DNA of 64,000 nt, taken from positions 1 through 64,000 of the forward strand of contig NIVC01002776.1 in assembly GCA_002269645.1 (NCBI GenBank). Reading direction: 5' to 3'. The position numbers and the translations under genes are program-made. The notes beneath the pieces are model-generated. The model was not told the origin of the DNA. It made no database searches and was given only the letters and a program-made list of their open reading frames with translations. This document shows positions 37,860-50,439 of the stretch, piece after piece (the stretch's first letter is position 1; the number at the start of each line of letters is the position of its first letter). The DNA comes from Macrostomum lignano (lineage: Eukaryota).

Positions 37860-38379
37860 GGGGCTGAGGGGCTGGATGGCTGATTATGTACTAAACTACT
37901 CGAAATTTCTACTAATTGGCCTTCTCGTAGTCTTTGGACCTTTGTGTACCTTTCTTCGCACACAAGGCAGCAGATCATGGGCTTCTAAATGGGCTTTGAC
38001 TGGACCGGAATTTTGGCATACGTTCCTTTCCAAATTTAAACTCGCGCCAAAAACGAACATTGTTAAACAATCGTTAAACCCCTTTTTAACACCCATGAGA
38101 AGTGAGTACTGTTAGTATTTATTAATCATTTTGAGGTGTTGAAAGGCAGTTTATTAGTGCTTAAGTATTTTTCAACAATGCCTTTTTGGCATCTTTTGTT
38201 TAGAAAAAAATCGAGCTCACTTAAAAATTTTTCATGTAGCTGCAGGGGATTCCGAGCATCCGGATACAGCGGGAGGCGACCAGCGGGAGCGGGAGGCAGC
38301 TGGTGCTGCGGTGTCGCGTAGGGAGATTATGTGGTGCCGGTCTCCGCAGCGCGGTCCCCCTCCGGAGGGTCCAGGAGGT

Positions 38380-39040
38380 GGATTGTCGCTCGCCCAGTAG
38401 CCCTCAGGTAGCGGACGAGCTGGCAGAGATTCTCGGGCCTGAAAACGTTGGAGACGTCCGGGTTTGGGCCGAGGTAGGTGAGCCTGTCCTATGGGTATTG
38501 TTTCTAAGAAACGAAATCGTATTGTATTTTTAGAAACACGAATATTTTGAGTAAAGGCGGGGCCATTCACAGATGAAGCGCTCCGAATTCTCGACACCGG
38601 AGAGGCAGAATGGGCATTCCTCAGGGCGGATTTTTCGTTGGGGTGGCGATCCCTGGCAAAACAGCCATGAGCCGAGAGGGCCATGGTCACCGCCCTGATG
38701 TCCCTGCGGTTGAGTCCAATCAGGGCCCTCCGCAGGGCGGAGGAAGGACAGGGTACAGCCGCGCGGGATTGCCGGCAGTCGGGGGCGTTAGCCCACCTCT
38801 CCCTGTGCTTTGAAGCCACCCACTGGTTGATCCGAGTGCTGACAACGGCGATGGGGGTGGGGGCCACGGGCAGGGGACCAGTAAAAGAACCGGTCGAGCC
38901 GGCCTTGGCCAGGCGATCGGCCAGCTCGTTGCCGGGGTGGTCCGAGTGCCCAAGGATCCACCTTAGGGACACCTTGTTAGAGGCGCCTAAGCGGTTGAGC
39001 TGCCCGATGCAGTCGAGATAGTGACTGTCTCTGCCATGAC
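38380..39040 (-). mobile_element. 5'-truncated non-LTR retrotransposon fragment (RNase H C-terminus + CCHC-like tail)
   Basis: [24 protein letters not shown] is an RNase H motif. It is followed by CPFC...E...F-x-C (across a frameshift) and a LINE-like C-terminal end. Confidence 0.85.
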
Positions 39041-39706
39041 GTCTAATATTTAATCAAGGATACTTGATTAAATATTCAGGAATAGGGTAGAGACGTCGGT
39101 ACAATATATTTAATTTGATTTTGAACTCTGCCTGATGCTGGGAGGCTGGGATCCACCGGATCCAACTCACCTCAGCGCACAGCGAACTCACTGACTGCTG
39201 CTCTCTGTAATTATCATATCATATCATCTTTGAGTTTAATATTAAAAGTAAAATTTCTACAAGTCCCATCATATTTGTTACCCGAATAATACAGTCTCTT
39301 AGCCAGCTTCCAGCTTCAAGCTGTTTGGGTTTTTTTAATTTGCACTTTTGTTGCTACGATACATTCCTTCACTTCATCGGCTTTTTGCTGGTATTTTGCT
39401 ATCCAATGGCTGTGACTTTAAGATGTGTAAATTGCTGATTCATTCCATGTACGTATTTATTATTATGATATTACTAATAGTCTATTATTTACAGTACATT
39501 CCGATTAACACCAAATATACTGTTGCGCAATGACTGCCTTTAAATAGTGTGCGCCTTTCTTCTCTCGTTTTGGTACTCGAATATTCCAGTACAGAATTGT
39601 TCCATTCTACAGTTATTTTTTGCACGCATTTCACCTACTATTAGTAGTCTCAATTAGCATTGCTGGATTTAAATACAAATTTTGGCCTTCGCCCCGCAGC
39701 CCAGCG

Positions 39707-42584
39707 ATGAGCCTGCAGGCCCAGGCCTCCCAGCTGTGGGCGATGCTGGACGAGCTGGCCTCCCGCGACCCGGCCGGCTACCGCAGCTTCATCGATCGCC
39801 AGCTGGCCGACGGGCGCAGCATGCTGGAGCCGCCGCGGCCGCTCTTCTGCGCCGCCATCGACGTCCGCGTCGCCTCGCCACATTTGCTGCACCGCCTTCT
39901 CGCTGACGACGCCGACGAGGCCTCGTCGTCTTCCGCTGACGCCGGTGGCGACTCGGAGAGCCTGCTGTCTGGCTTCCTGGCCGAGTTGAAGGTCGTCGAC
40001 GGCGGCGACACCTCGGCCGAGGCATCGGGGTCCCAGACTGCCGTCGTCGGCTTCCCCGCTGGCTTCGCACCCGCCCGCCTGGTCGTCGTGTTTGTGAGCT
40101 GGAGCCGCGTCAAAAGGTGAGAGGTGAACCCGTGACCCTAGGTGAACCCGTGACCCTAGGTGAACCCGTGACCCTAGGTGAACCCGTGACCCTAGGTAAA
40201 CCCGTGACCCTAGGTGAACCCGTGACCCTAGGTGAACCCGTGACCCTAGGTAAACCCGTGACCCTAGGTGAACCCGTGACCCTAGGTGAACCCGTGACCC
40301 TAGGTGAACCCGTGACCCTAGGTGAACCCGTGACCCTAGGTGAACCCGTGACCCTAGGTGAACCCGTGACCCTAGGTGATCCCGTGACCCTAGGTGATCC
40401 CGTGACCCTAGGTGAACCCGTGACCCTAGGTGAACCCATGACCCTAGGTGAACCCGTGACCCTAGGTGAACCCGTGACCCTAGGTGAACCCGTGACCCTA
40501 GGTGAACCCGTGACCCTAGGTGAACCCGTGACCCTAGGTGAACCCGTGACCCTAGGTGAACCCGTGACCCTAGGTGAACCCGTGACCCTAGGTGAACCCG
40601 TGACCCTAGGTGAACCCGTGACCCTAGGTGAACCCGTGACCCTAGGTGAACCCGTGACCCTAGGTGAACCCGTGACCCTAGGTGAACCCGTGACCCTAGG
40701 TGAACCCGTGACCCTAGGTGAACCCGTGACCCTAGGTGAACCCGTGACCCTAGGTTAACCCTTGAATATGCATTCAACCCGCCGCGCCCACCCACAGCTG
40801 CGACCTCGCCGACCCCTCGGCCACCATAAGCGCCCACGTCGGCAGGCCCTTCCCGAGCCAGCAGCTGCCGGATGCCCTGCTGCTGCCGATTGCTTTCAAT
40901 GTCGAGACTCTGCAACAGGCGCTGCCAGCCGCCTGCCTCGCCGAGTCGTCTTCAACGACATCCGCGACTTCCGCCGCTGCAGCATTGAAACGCGACGCCG
41001 ACGCTCGCGCCTTCGTTGTCCATGCGTTGCGCCACTGCCTCGCCCAGCGGCTGCGCGCCTCCCTCCGGCCGCTGTCCGGCGAGCTTCAGGATGACGACGC
41101 CAACGGTACCATCGACCTTCTGCAGGCGGCGTCGGAGAAGCTGTTCGTCGAGCCGGGCTTCCTGGCCGCGCTGCACCGCGGCCTCGGCTACCAGCCTGGC
41201 GACTTGGCGCTGCAGCGGCTGGTGGAGGCCCAGACACAGATCAAGCGCCAGACGCAGTCGCAGCATGAGACTCCAGCACCGCTAGTGGCGCCTTTGCCTG
41301 GGTGAGGCTTGGGGGAGGCTTGCGTGAGGCTTGAGTGAGGCTTGGGTAAGGCTTGGGTGAGGCTTGCGTGAGGCTTGGGTGAGGCTTGCGTGAGGCTTGA
41401 GTGAGGCTTGGGTAAGGCTTGAGTGAGGCTTGCGTGAGGCTTGGGTGAGGCTTGGGTGAGGCTTGCGTGAGGCTTGTTTGAGGCTTGAGTGAGGCTTGGG
41501 TGAGGCTTGAGTGAGGCTTGGATGAGGCTTGCGTGAGGCTTGGGTGAGGCTTGGGTGAGGCCTGGGTGAGGCTTGGGTGAGGCCTCGGTGAGGCTTGGGT
41601 GAGGCTTGGGTGAGGCTTGGGTGAGGCTTGGGTGAGGCTTGCGTGAGGCTTGGGTGAGGCTTGCGTGAGGCTTGAGTGAGGCTTGGGTAAGGCTTGGGTG
41701 AGGCTTGCGTGAGGCTTGGGTGAGGCTTGGGTGAGGCTTGCGTGAGGCTTGTTTGAGGCTTGAGTGAGGCTTGGGTGAGGCTTGAGTGAGGCTTGGATGA
41801 GGCTTGCGTGAGGCTTGGGTGAGGCTTGGGTGAGGCCTGGGTGAGGCTTGGGTGAGGCCTCGGTGAGGCCTGGGTGAGGCTTGAGTGAGGCTTGGGTGAG
41901 GCTTGCGTGAGGCCTGGGTGAGGCTTGGGTAAGGCTTGGGTGAGGCTTGGGTGAGTCTTGGGTGAGGCTTGGGTGAGGCTTGGGTGAGGCTTGGATGAGG
42001 CTTGGATGAGGCTTGAGTGAGGCTTGGGTGAGGCTTTGGGTAAGGCTTGAGTGAGGCTTGGGTGAGGCTTGAGTGAGGCCTGAGTGAGACTGTATTGCAG
42101 CTCTTTTGCTGTCCTTAATGATTAAAACTTAGCACTTAGCTACGCGCCTGTCTTCTCTGCCTGCCTTCATAATGCACAACAATCTTCAGCAGCAATCTTT
42201 CGTGTTTCTTTCAGCGTATCCGACTCGCCAGCATCGCCGCAGCTGCTGCTTGGCGGACCTGAGAATCCCAGCGGAAGACTTCATCAGCAACAGCCGCAGC
42301 AGTTGCAGCTCACGACCTCCGTGAACAGGGTGGAGCGCCTGCTCACCATGCGAGTCTCCGTCGGCCAGGTCGCCGAATCAGCTGCCGAGCTGGACGTCCG
42401 GCTGGAGCCCCGGCTGTTGACGCTGCGCCGCGCTGCCGACGCCGATGACAGCGCGAAGCCGCCGCTGCTGCAGGCCGAGCTGCCCTGCGAGGTGGCCCCG
42501 GACGACGCCACGGCGCGATTCCTGCGAGCGAAACGGCAGCTGCTGCTGCGGGCGCCGGTGGTCGGCTCGTTGCCTCCGGCCTAG
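39707..42584 (+). CDS. PIH1D2: PIH1 domain-containing protein 2; exons 39707-40116, 40798-41301, 42215-42584
   Basis: QLWAMLDELASRDPAGYRSFIDRQL matches the PIH1D2 N-terminus (FWNLLDDLAQSDPEGYEKFIQQQL). C-terminal CS-like domain. Exons join in frame. Confidence 0.85.
40125..40755 (+). repeat. 18-bp intronic minisatellite GTGAACCCGTGACCCTAG, ~35 copies
   Basis: Visible, highly homogeneous tandem units. Confidence 0.97.
41301..42090 (+). repeat. 11-bp intronic minisatellite GTGAGGCTTG(G/C/A), ~70 copies
   Basis: Starts at the splice donor at 41302. Confidence 0.97.
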
Positions 42585-42597
42585 GGCGGCTGGACTG

Positions 42598-43077
42598 ATC
42601 ACGGCTGAGCTGGGGATCAGAGTGGATTGCTAATCTAGCCTGAACGGCTGAGCTGGGGATCAGAGTGGATTGCTAATCTAGCCTGCACGGCTGAGCTGGG
42701 GATCAGAGTGGATTGCTAATCTAGCCTGCACGGATGAGCTGGGGATCAGAGTGGATTGCTAATCTAGCCTGCACGGATGAGCTGGGGATCAGAGTGGATT
42801 GCTAATCTAGCCTGCACGGCTGAGCTGGGGATCAGAGTGGATTGCTAATCTAGCCTGCACGGCTGAGCTGGGGATCAGAGTGGATTGCTAATCTAGCCTG
42901 CACGGCTGAGCTGGGGATCAAATTGGATTGCTAATCTAGCCTGCACGGATGAGCTGGGGATCAGAGTGGATTGCTAATCTAGCCTGCACGGCTGAGCTGG
43001 GGATCAGAGTGGATTGCTAATCTAGCCTGCACGGATGAGCTGGGGATCAGAGTGGATTGCTAATCTAGCCTGCACAG
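42598..43077. repeat. 43-bp minisatellite x~11 just after the PIH1D2 stop
   Basis: Units of CTAGCCTGCACGGCTGAGCTGGGGATCAGAGTGGATTGCTAAT. Confidence 0.95.
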
Positions 43078-43354
43078 TGTCTGATTTTTATTGTGCTACT
43101 GTAGGCTTTATAACAAAAGTTTCCATTTGTGTTCTTCGTTTTTTGCCTTAAATTTAATGCACTTGTAATTCCGTCCTTATCAAAGTACATGATGTCCTTT
43201 AGTGCGATTTATTCGCTTACAGTTTGCACTATTGTTAGATTTTTTCTACGTGGGTCAACTACTGCAGAACATATTTGGGATTAAAATTGTGCCGTAGTAG
43301 TACAAGGTATTAATAGAATTAGTGGATTAGAGATGGATGATTGCAATATAAACG

Positions 43355-46300
43355 CAAATAGAACAATAGAATACGAATAGAACAGAATAGAACGAGAATA
43401 GAACAAAATAGAATCAGAATAGAACAGAATAGAATGAGAATAGAACAGATAAGAACGAGAATAGAACAGAATATAATGAGAGTAGAACAGAATAGACTGA
43501 GAATAGAACACAATAGAACGAGAATAGAACAAAGTAGAATGAGAATAGAACAGAATGAAATAAGAATAGAACAGAATAGAATGAGAATAGAACACAATAG
43601 AACGAGAATAGAACAGAATAGAATCAGAATAGAATAGAATAGAATGAGAATAGAACAGAATAGAATGAGAATAGAATAGAATAGAATGAGAATAGAACAG
43701 AATATAATGAGAATAGAACAAAGTAGAATGAGAATATAACAAAGTAGAATGAGAATAGAACAAAGTAGAATGAGAATAGAACAAAGTAGAATGAGAATAG
43801 AACAAAGTAGAATGAGAATAGAACAAAGTAGAATGAGAATAGAACAGAATAGAATGAGAATCGAACACAATAGAACGAGAATAGAACAGAATAGAACAAA
43901 GTAGAATGAGAACAAAACAGAATAGAATGAGAATAGAACAAAGTAGAATCAGAATAGAACAGAATAGAATGAGAATAGAACAGAAAAGAACGAGAATAGA
44001 ACAGAATAGAATGAGAATAGAACAAAGTAGAATGAGAATAGAACAGAATAGAATGAGAATAGAATAGAATAGAATGGGAATAGAATAGAATAAGAACGGA
44101 ACAGAATAGAATGAGAATAGAATAGAATAGAATGAGAATAAAACAGAATAGAATGAGAATAGAACAAAGTAGAATGAGAATAGAATGAGAATAGAACAGA
44201 ATAGAATGAGAACAGAACAGAATAGAACAGAAGTAGAATGAGAATAGAACAGAATAGAATGAGAACGGAACAGAATCGAACACAATAGAACGAGAATAGA
44301 ACAGAATAGAACAAAGTAGAATGAGAACAAAACAGAATAGAATGAGAATAGAACAAAGTAGAATGAGAATAGAACAGAATAGAATGAGAATAGAACAGAA
44401 AAGAACGAGAATAGAACAGAATAGAATGAGAATAGAACAAAGTAGAATGAGAACAAAACAGAATAGAATGAGAATAGAACAAAGTAGAATGAGAATAGAA
44501 CAGAATAGAATGAGAATAGAACAGAAAAGAACGAGAATAGAACAGAATAGAATGAGAATAGAACAAAGTAGAATGAGAACAAAACAGAATAGAATAGAAT
44601 AGAATGAGAATAGAATAGAATGAGAACGGAACAGAATAGAATGAGAACGGAACAGAATAGAACGAGAATAGAACAGAATAGAATGAGAATATAACAAAGT
44701 AGAATGAGAATAGAACAAAGTAGAATGAGAATAGAACAAAGTAGAATGAGAATAGAACAAAGTAGAATGAGAACAAAACAGAATAGAATGAGAATAGAAC
44801 AAAGTAGAATCAGAATAGAACAGAATAGAATGAGAATAGAACAGAAAAGAACGAGAATAGAACAGAATAGAATGAGAATAGAACAGAATAGAATGAGAAT
44901 AGAACAAAGTAGAATGAGAATAGAATAGAATAGAATGAGAATAGAATAGAATGAGAACGGAACAGAATAGAATGAGAATAGAATAGAATAGAATGAGAAT
45001 AAAACAGAATAGAATGAGAATAGAATGAGAATAGAACAGAGTAGAATGAGAATAGAACAGAATAGAATGAGAATAGAACAGAAAAGAACGAGAATAGAAC
45101 AGAATAGAATGAGAATAGAACAAAGTAGAATGAGAACGGAACAGAATAGAATGAGAATAGAATAGAATAGAATGAGAATAAAACAGAGTAGAATGAGAAT
45201 AGAATGAGAATAGAACAGAATAGAATGAGAACAGAACAGAATAGAACAGAAGTAGAATGAGAATAGAACAGAATAGAATGAGAACGGAACAGAATAGAAT
45301 GAGAATAGAATGAGAAAAGAACGAGAATAAAACAGAATAGAATGAGAACAGAACAGAATAGAATGAGAATAGAACAGAATAGAATGAGAATAGAACAGAA
45401 TAGAATGAGAATAGAACAGAATAGAATGAGAACAGAACATAATAGAATGAGAATAAAACAGAATAGAATGAGAACAGAACAGAATAGAATGAGAATAGAA
45501 CAGAATAGAATGAGAACAGAACAGAATAGAATGAGAATAAAACAGAATAGAATGAGAACAGAACAGAATAGAATGAGAATAAAACAGAATAGAATGAGAA
45601 CAGAACAGAATAGAATGAGAATAAAACAGAATAGAATGAGAATAAAACAGAATAGAATGAGAACAGAACAGAATAGAATGAGAATAAAACAGAATAGAAT
45701 GAGAACAGAACAGAATAGAATGAGAATAAAACAGAATAGAATGAGAATAAAACAGAATAGAATGAGAACAGAACAGAATAGAATGAGAATAAAACAGAAT
45801 AGAATGAGAACAGAACAGAATAGAATGAGAACGGAACAGAATAGAATGAGAATAGAATGAGAAAAGAACGAGAATAAAACAGAATAGAATGAGAACAGAA
45901 CAGAATAGAATGAGAATAAAACAGAATAGAATGAGAACAGAACAGAATAGAATGAGAACAGAACAGAATAGAATGAGAATAAAACAGAATAGAATGAGAA
46001 CAGAACAGAATAGAATGAGAATAAAACAGAATAGAATGAGAACAGAACAGAATAGAATGAGAATAGAACAGAATAGAATGAGAACAGAACAGAATAGAAT
46101 GAGAATAGAACAGAATAGAATGAGAACAGAACAGAATAGAATGAGAATAAAACAGAATAGAATGAGAACAGAACAGAATAGAATGAGAATAAAACAGAAT
46201 AGAATGAGAATAAAACAGAATAGAATGAGAACAGAACAGAATAGAATGAGAATAAAACAGAATAGAATGAGAATAAAACAGAATAGAATGAGAACAGAAT

Positions 46301-46500
46301 AGAATAGAATGAGAATAAAACAGAATAGAATGAGAATAAAACAGAATAGAATGAGAACAGAATAGAATAGAATGAGAATAAAACAGAATAGAATGAGAAC
46401 AGAACAGAAGTAGAATGAGAATAGAACAGAATATAATGAGAACGGAACAGAATAGAATGAGAATCGAATAGAATAGAATGAGAATAGAGCAGAGTAGAAG
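43355..46500. repeat. ~3.1-kb (AGAAT)-based satellite with ~20-bp higher-order units
   Basis: GAATAGAACAGAATAGAATGA-type repeats, almost purely purine plus T on the + strand. Confidence 0.97.
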
Positions 46501-46568
46501 ATGAAGAGGGCAGACTAGGGCAGAATATGACATAAAGTGTAAGAAACGGATTTTAAATTGAATTGCAG

Positions 46569-48712
46569 GCCGAGATCGTCCCCTTGAACGTGGGTCCGCC
46601 GCACCCCTGCCAGCTGGAGGGAGTCAAGCAGACCGCATCAGGTGAGCATCGATTGATGCAGACATTTCTGATGCAGACTAATTTGACTGCCTGACCGGCT
46701 GTCCAAGGGGCAGAGAGCGGCTTAGCGATGAGCGCGTCCGACTCTCTCGCCAGAGTCCCTTGGTTCGATTCCAAATTAATGGGCTGGTGAACAAAAATTG
46801 TCGAGGACAAGCGCGGTGCTAGAGCTACAGGTTAAACGAAGTTGGCCACGGTTAGCATACACAGCTGGTGAATGAGGCTGGTAGCGTCACCTCTCTCAAT
46901 GAAGCCACAGTGAGCGGCTGGCGAATGAAGCTGAGCTGCAGTTCACCCTGCTGTGATTAGGCAGCAGCTCTGAGCTGCAGTTCACCCTGCTGTGATTGGG
47001 CAGCAGCTCTGAGCTGCAGTTCACCCTGCTGTGATTGGGCAGCAGCTCTGAGCTGCAGTTCACCCTGCTGTGATTGGGCAGCAGCTCTGAGCTGCAGTTC
47101 ACCCTGCTGTGATTGGGCAGCAGCTCTGAGCTGCAGTTCACCCTGCTGTGATTGGGCAGCAGCTCTGAGCTGCAGTTCACCCTGCTGTGATTAGGCAGCA
47201 GCTCTGAGATGCAGTTCACCCTGCTGTGATTGGGCAGCAGCTCTGAGCTGCAGTTCACCCTGCTGTGATTGGGCAGCAGCTCTGAGCTGCAGTTCACCCT
47301 GCTGTGATTGGGCAGCAGCTCTGAGCTGCAGTTCACCCTGCTGTGATTAGGCAGCAGCTCTGAGATGCAGTCACCCTGCTGTGATTGGGCAGCAGCTCTG
47401 AGCTGCAGTTCACCCTGCTGTGATTGGGCAGCAGCTCTGAGCTGCAGTCACCCTGCTGTGATTGGGCAGCAGCTCTGAGCTGCAGTTCACCCTGCTGTGA
47501 TTAGGCAGCAGCTCTGAGCTGCAGTTCACCCTGCTGTGATTGGGCAGCAGCTCTGAGCTGCAGTCACCCTGCTGTGATTGGGCAGCAGCTCTGAGCTGCA
47601 GTCACCCTGCTGTGATTGGGCAGCAGCTCTGAGCTGCAGTTCACCCTGCTGTGATTGGGCAGCAGCTCTGAGCTGCAGTCACCCTGCTGTGATTGGGCAG
47701 CAGCTCTGAGCTGTAGTTCACACTGCTGTGATTGGGCAGCAGCTCTGGGCTGCAGTTCACCCTGCTGTGATTGGGCAGACGCTCTGAGCTGCAGTTCACC
47801 CTGCTGTGATTGGGCAGCAGCTCTGAGCTGCAGTTCACACTGCTGTGATTGGGCAGACGCTCTGAGCTGCAGTCACCCTGCTGTGATTGGGCAGCAGCTC
47901 TGGGCAGGGGAATTTCATAGGCTTGAAATTTCATATCATCCATGCAGTAGTCTCGCTGAACTTGCGCTTGCTGGGTCAAAACTTCACTGTCAATCTAAAC
48001 CGGAAAACTGAGTAAAAGTACATTTAGAATCTCGCCGATCGCCCGCAGGCTGCATCATCAAGGAGGTGACTTTCATCGGCGTCGGCCGGGTCGACATCGA
48101 CGAGATCCGGTTCCGCAACTGCCACACCGGCTTCATCAGCATCCGGGTCCGCTACGCCCAGCAGCCGCAGCATCCGCCGCCTCCGCCATCCGCGTCGTCC
48201 GGCGGCCGACGGTCAGCGGCGGCGGCGGCGGCGGCGGCCTCGCCGGGTGAGTGGCGCACCTGCCTGCACAGGCGGCGCCTCATGCCGGACCCGCACAGCG
48301 AGCTGGGCGGCCTGGCGCAGTTCCGCTTCGGCCAGCCAGACTGGCAGGCGCCCGTGACCGGCGTGGCGGCCGTCCGCCTCGTCCTCATGCAGCCCTCGCC
48401 GGTGTGGCGCGAGTTCGGCATCGAGGCGCTGCAGATTGTTCGTCGCCACGCTGGGGCCCGAGCGGCTCCGCCTTCGCCGCTCCAGCCGACCCGCTGGCCC
48501 GAGTCCGCTGCGCCGAGGACGACGTCGGAGCCGGCGGTGGCGGCGGTGGCGGCGGCCTCGCCCGACTTCCCGGCATGTCGCGACGCCTCGCCGAGTTTGC
48601 GGCCTCGACGGCCTACCTGCGGCATCGCCTGCTGTCCTCGGCGGCGCCGGCGTCGGCTGCCTATGAATCTGGCGATGCTTACGACGTCAGTCTGCTGCAC
48701 TTTGCCGCCTGA
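46569..48712 (+). CDS. NICN1: Nicolin-1 (tubulin polyglutamylase complex subunit); exons 46569-46641 and ~48049-48712 (apparent 1-nt deletion near 48570); no genomic ATG
   Basis: EIRFRNCHTGFISIRVR, WRTCL..RLMPDPHSE, LVLMQPSPVW and YDVSLL match NICN1 as I recall it (EITFKNYYTAFLSIRVR, WVTCL..CLMPDPHSE, LILRQPSPLW, YDLNLL). Confidence 0.88.
46930..47905. repeat. 39-bp minisatellite (CTGAGCTGCAGTTCACCCTGCTGTGATTGGGCAGCAGCT), ~25 copies, in NICN1 intron 1
   Basis: Visible tandem units; the same unit occurs at 52838-53042. Confidence 0.95.
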
Positions 48713-48814
48713 CACCGCCGGAGGACATTTGTGCAGGCGGATTGACAATTCTCTAAGTCCTCTGAATGCTTTTACTGAATTGCTTTGCGTAATGTGATGA
48801 TCGCCTGCCCCGTT

Positions 48815-49410
48815 ACCCCACCCCAAAATATCGATCGCTTGGATTATCTGCCTCTCTACCCCCACCCCAAAATATCGATCGCTTGGATTCTCCGCCTCTG
48901 TATCCCCACCCCAAAATATCGATTGCTTGGGTTCTCTGACTCTCTACCCCTACCCCAAAATATCGATTGCTTAGGTTCTCTGACTCTCTACCCCTACCCC
49001 AAAATATCGATTGCTTGGACTATCTGCCTCTCTACCCCCACCCCAAAATATCGATCGCTTGGATTCTCCGCCTCTCTTCCCACCCCAAAATATCGATCGC
49101 TTGGATTCTCCGCCTCTGTACCCCACCCCAAAATATCGATCGCTTGGATTCTATGCCTCTCTACCCCTACCCCAAAATATCGATTGCTTGGATTCTCTGC
49201 CTCTCTACCCCTACCCCAAAATATCGATTGCTTGGACTATCTGCCTCTCTACTCTCACCCCAAAATATCGATCGCTTGGATTCTCTGCCTCTCTACCCCC
49301 ACCCCAAAATATCGATTGCTTGGGTTCTCTGACTCTCTACCCCTACCCCAAAATATTAATCGCTTGAATTTTTTGCCTCTGTACCCCCACCCCGAAATAT
49401 CGATCGCTTG
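48815..49410. repeat. ~38-bp minisatellite (CCCCAAAATATCGATCGCTTGGATTCTCTGCCTCTCTA)
   Basis: Visible tandem units. Confidence 0.92.
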
Positions 49411-50439
49411 CCTGCCTGAATTACTTTGTGTTAATTTCTGCTGCAACAGTTGCCAGCCACTTTCACAAAATTCGTTCCCAATACCAATTCAGCTTTTCAT
49501 TTTACCTCTTAACTTATTAAATCCTTTATGCTTTGAAAATCATCCTTAATTTGTCAGGAATTGCCAGTTAGTTCCGTCCAAAAAAAACATTTTCTTCAAG
49601 AATATTTTCTACGAGTTGTTTTGTTGTAAGAATAAATGACTTTAGTTGGCTCATATTTTACAGCCGAATAGTAAAAATGATTGCATAACATGTGCAGACA
49701 AAATGTATCTATTGATTTGTTAGCTTGCATGTAGAGTTCTTTTGTTTTAATTCTTGGCTCAGCTACTAAACAGAATTCTGATTTTTAAAAGATTAAAGCT
49801 GGAAGCAAAAATTTGTTTAAATTTTCAATTAGCAAATTTTATTGTTAGTTGGGCCTCCATCTATCGCCTGTTGCCATGGCGTTTTGTGTCTCCTTTTGTT
49901 TTACTATTTTCGCGGATAATTGCAACCCGCATGCTTTGTCCCGGCTGCTCAATGCGGATTCCGGATAAAGCCGTGCTCAGCCGCTACGGCAGGCAGTGAA
50001 TGCCGCCTGTGTTTCCTGAGCTCTCCGCTTCTCTGCTCGCTATTGTTGGCTTCAAGCAACAGAAAGCGGGTTAAAGAAGCCTCTGGTCTGCTTTCGGGCT
50101 CTTTTCGGGGGGGGGGGGGCAGCAAAAAATTCTGGGCCGCTGGGTTGACTGGAACAGCCGGCAGCGCATGCTGTGGGCCATCGCAGCCAGATACATGTAG
50201 TTTGGTAGCTCAGCAATCAATTAATTATATGGAATTTATTGCTCAGCACTGCAGCTGGCTTTAGTCGGGTCATTAAGAACTGCATTACTGTTGGCCTGTT
50301 AATAAAACTCTCACCTGTGCTTTCTCTATTATATTGTCACGGCTGCCCTCTGCGGCCTGCGCGCTTGAGTCGCGCAATGAGAAATCCAGTCAGGGCAGAA
50401 TAAATGAATCAAATATGGCTATTTTTGCCGCTAAGGCCG

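Noticed and set aside
40125-42090. Telomere-like origin (CCCTAG, TGAGG/TTGGG) of the PIH1D2 intronic arrays
   Set aside because: No run of canonical TTAGGG units; the match to the local splice junction explains the units better.
43281-46533. Very long ORFs (719 aa, 969 aa) on the minus strand
   Set aside because: Translations of the AGAAT satellite, which lacks stop codons on that strand; no domain content.
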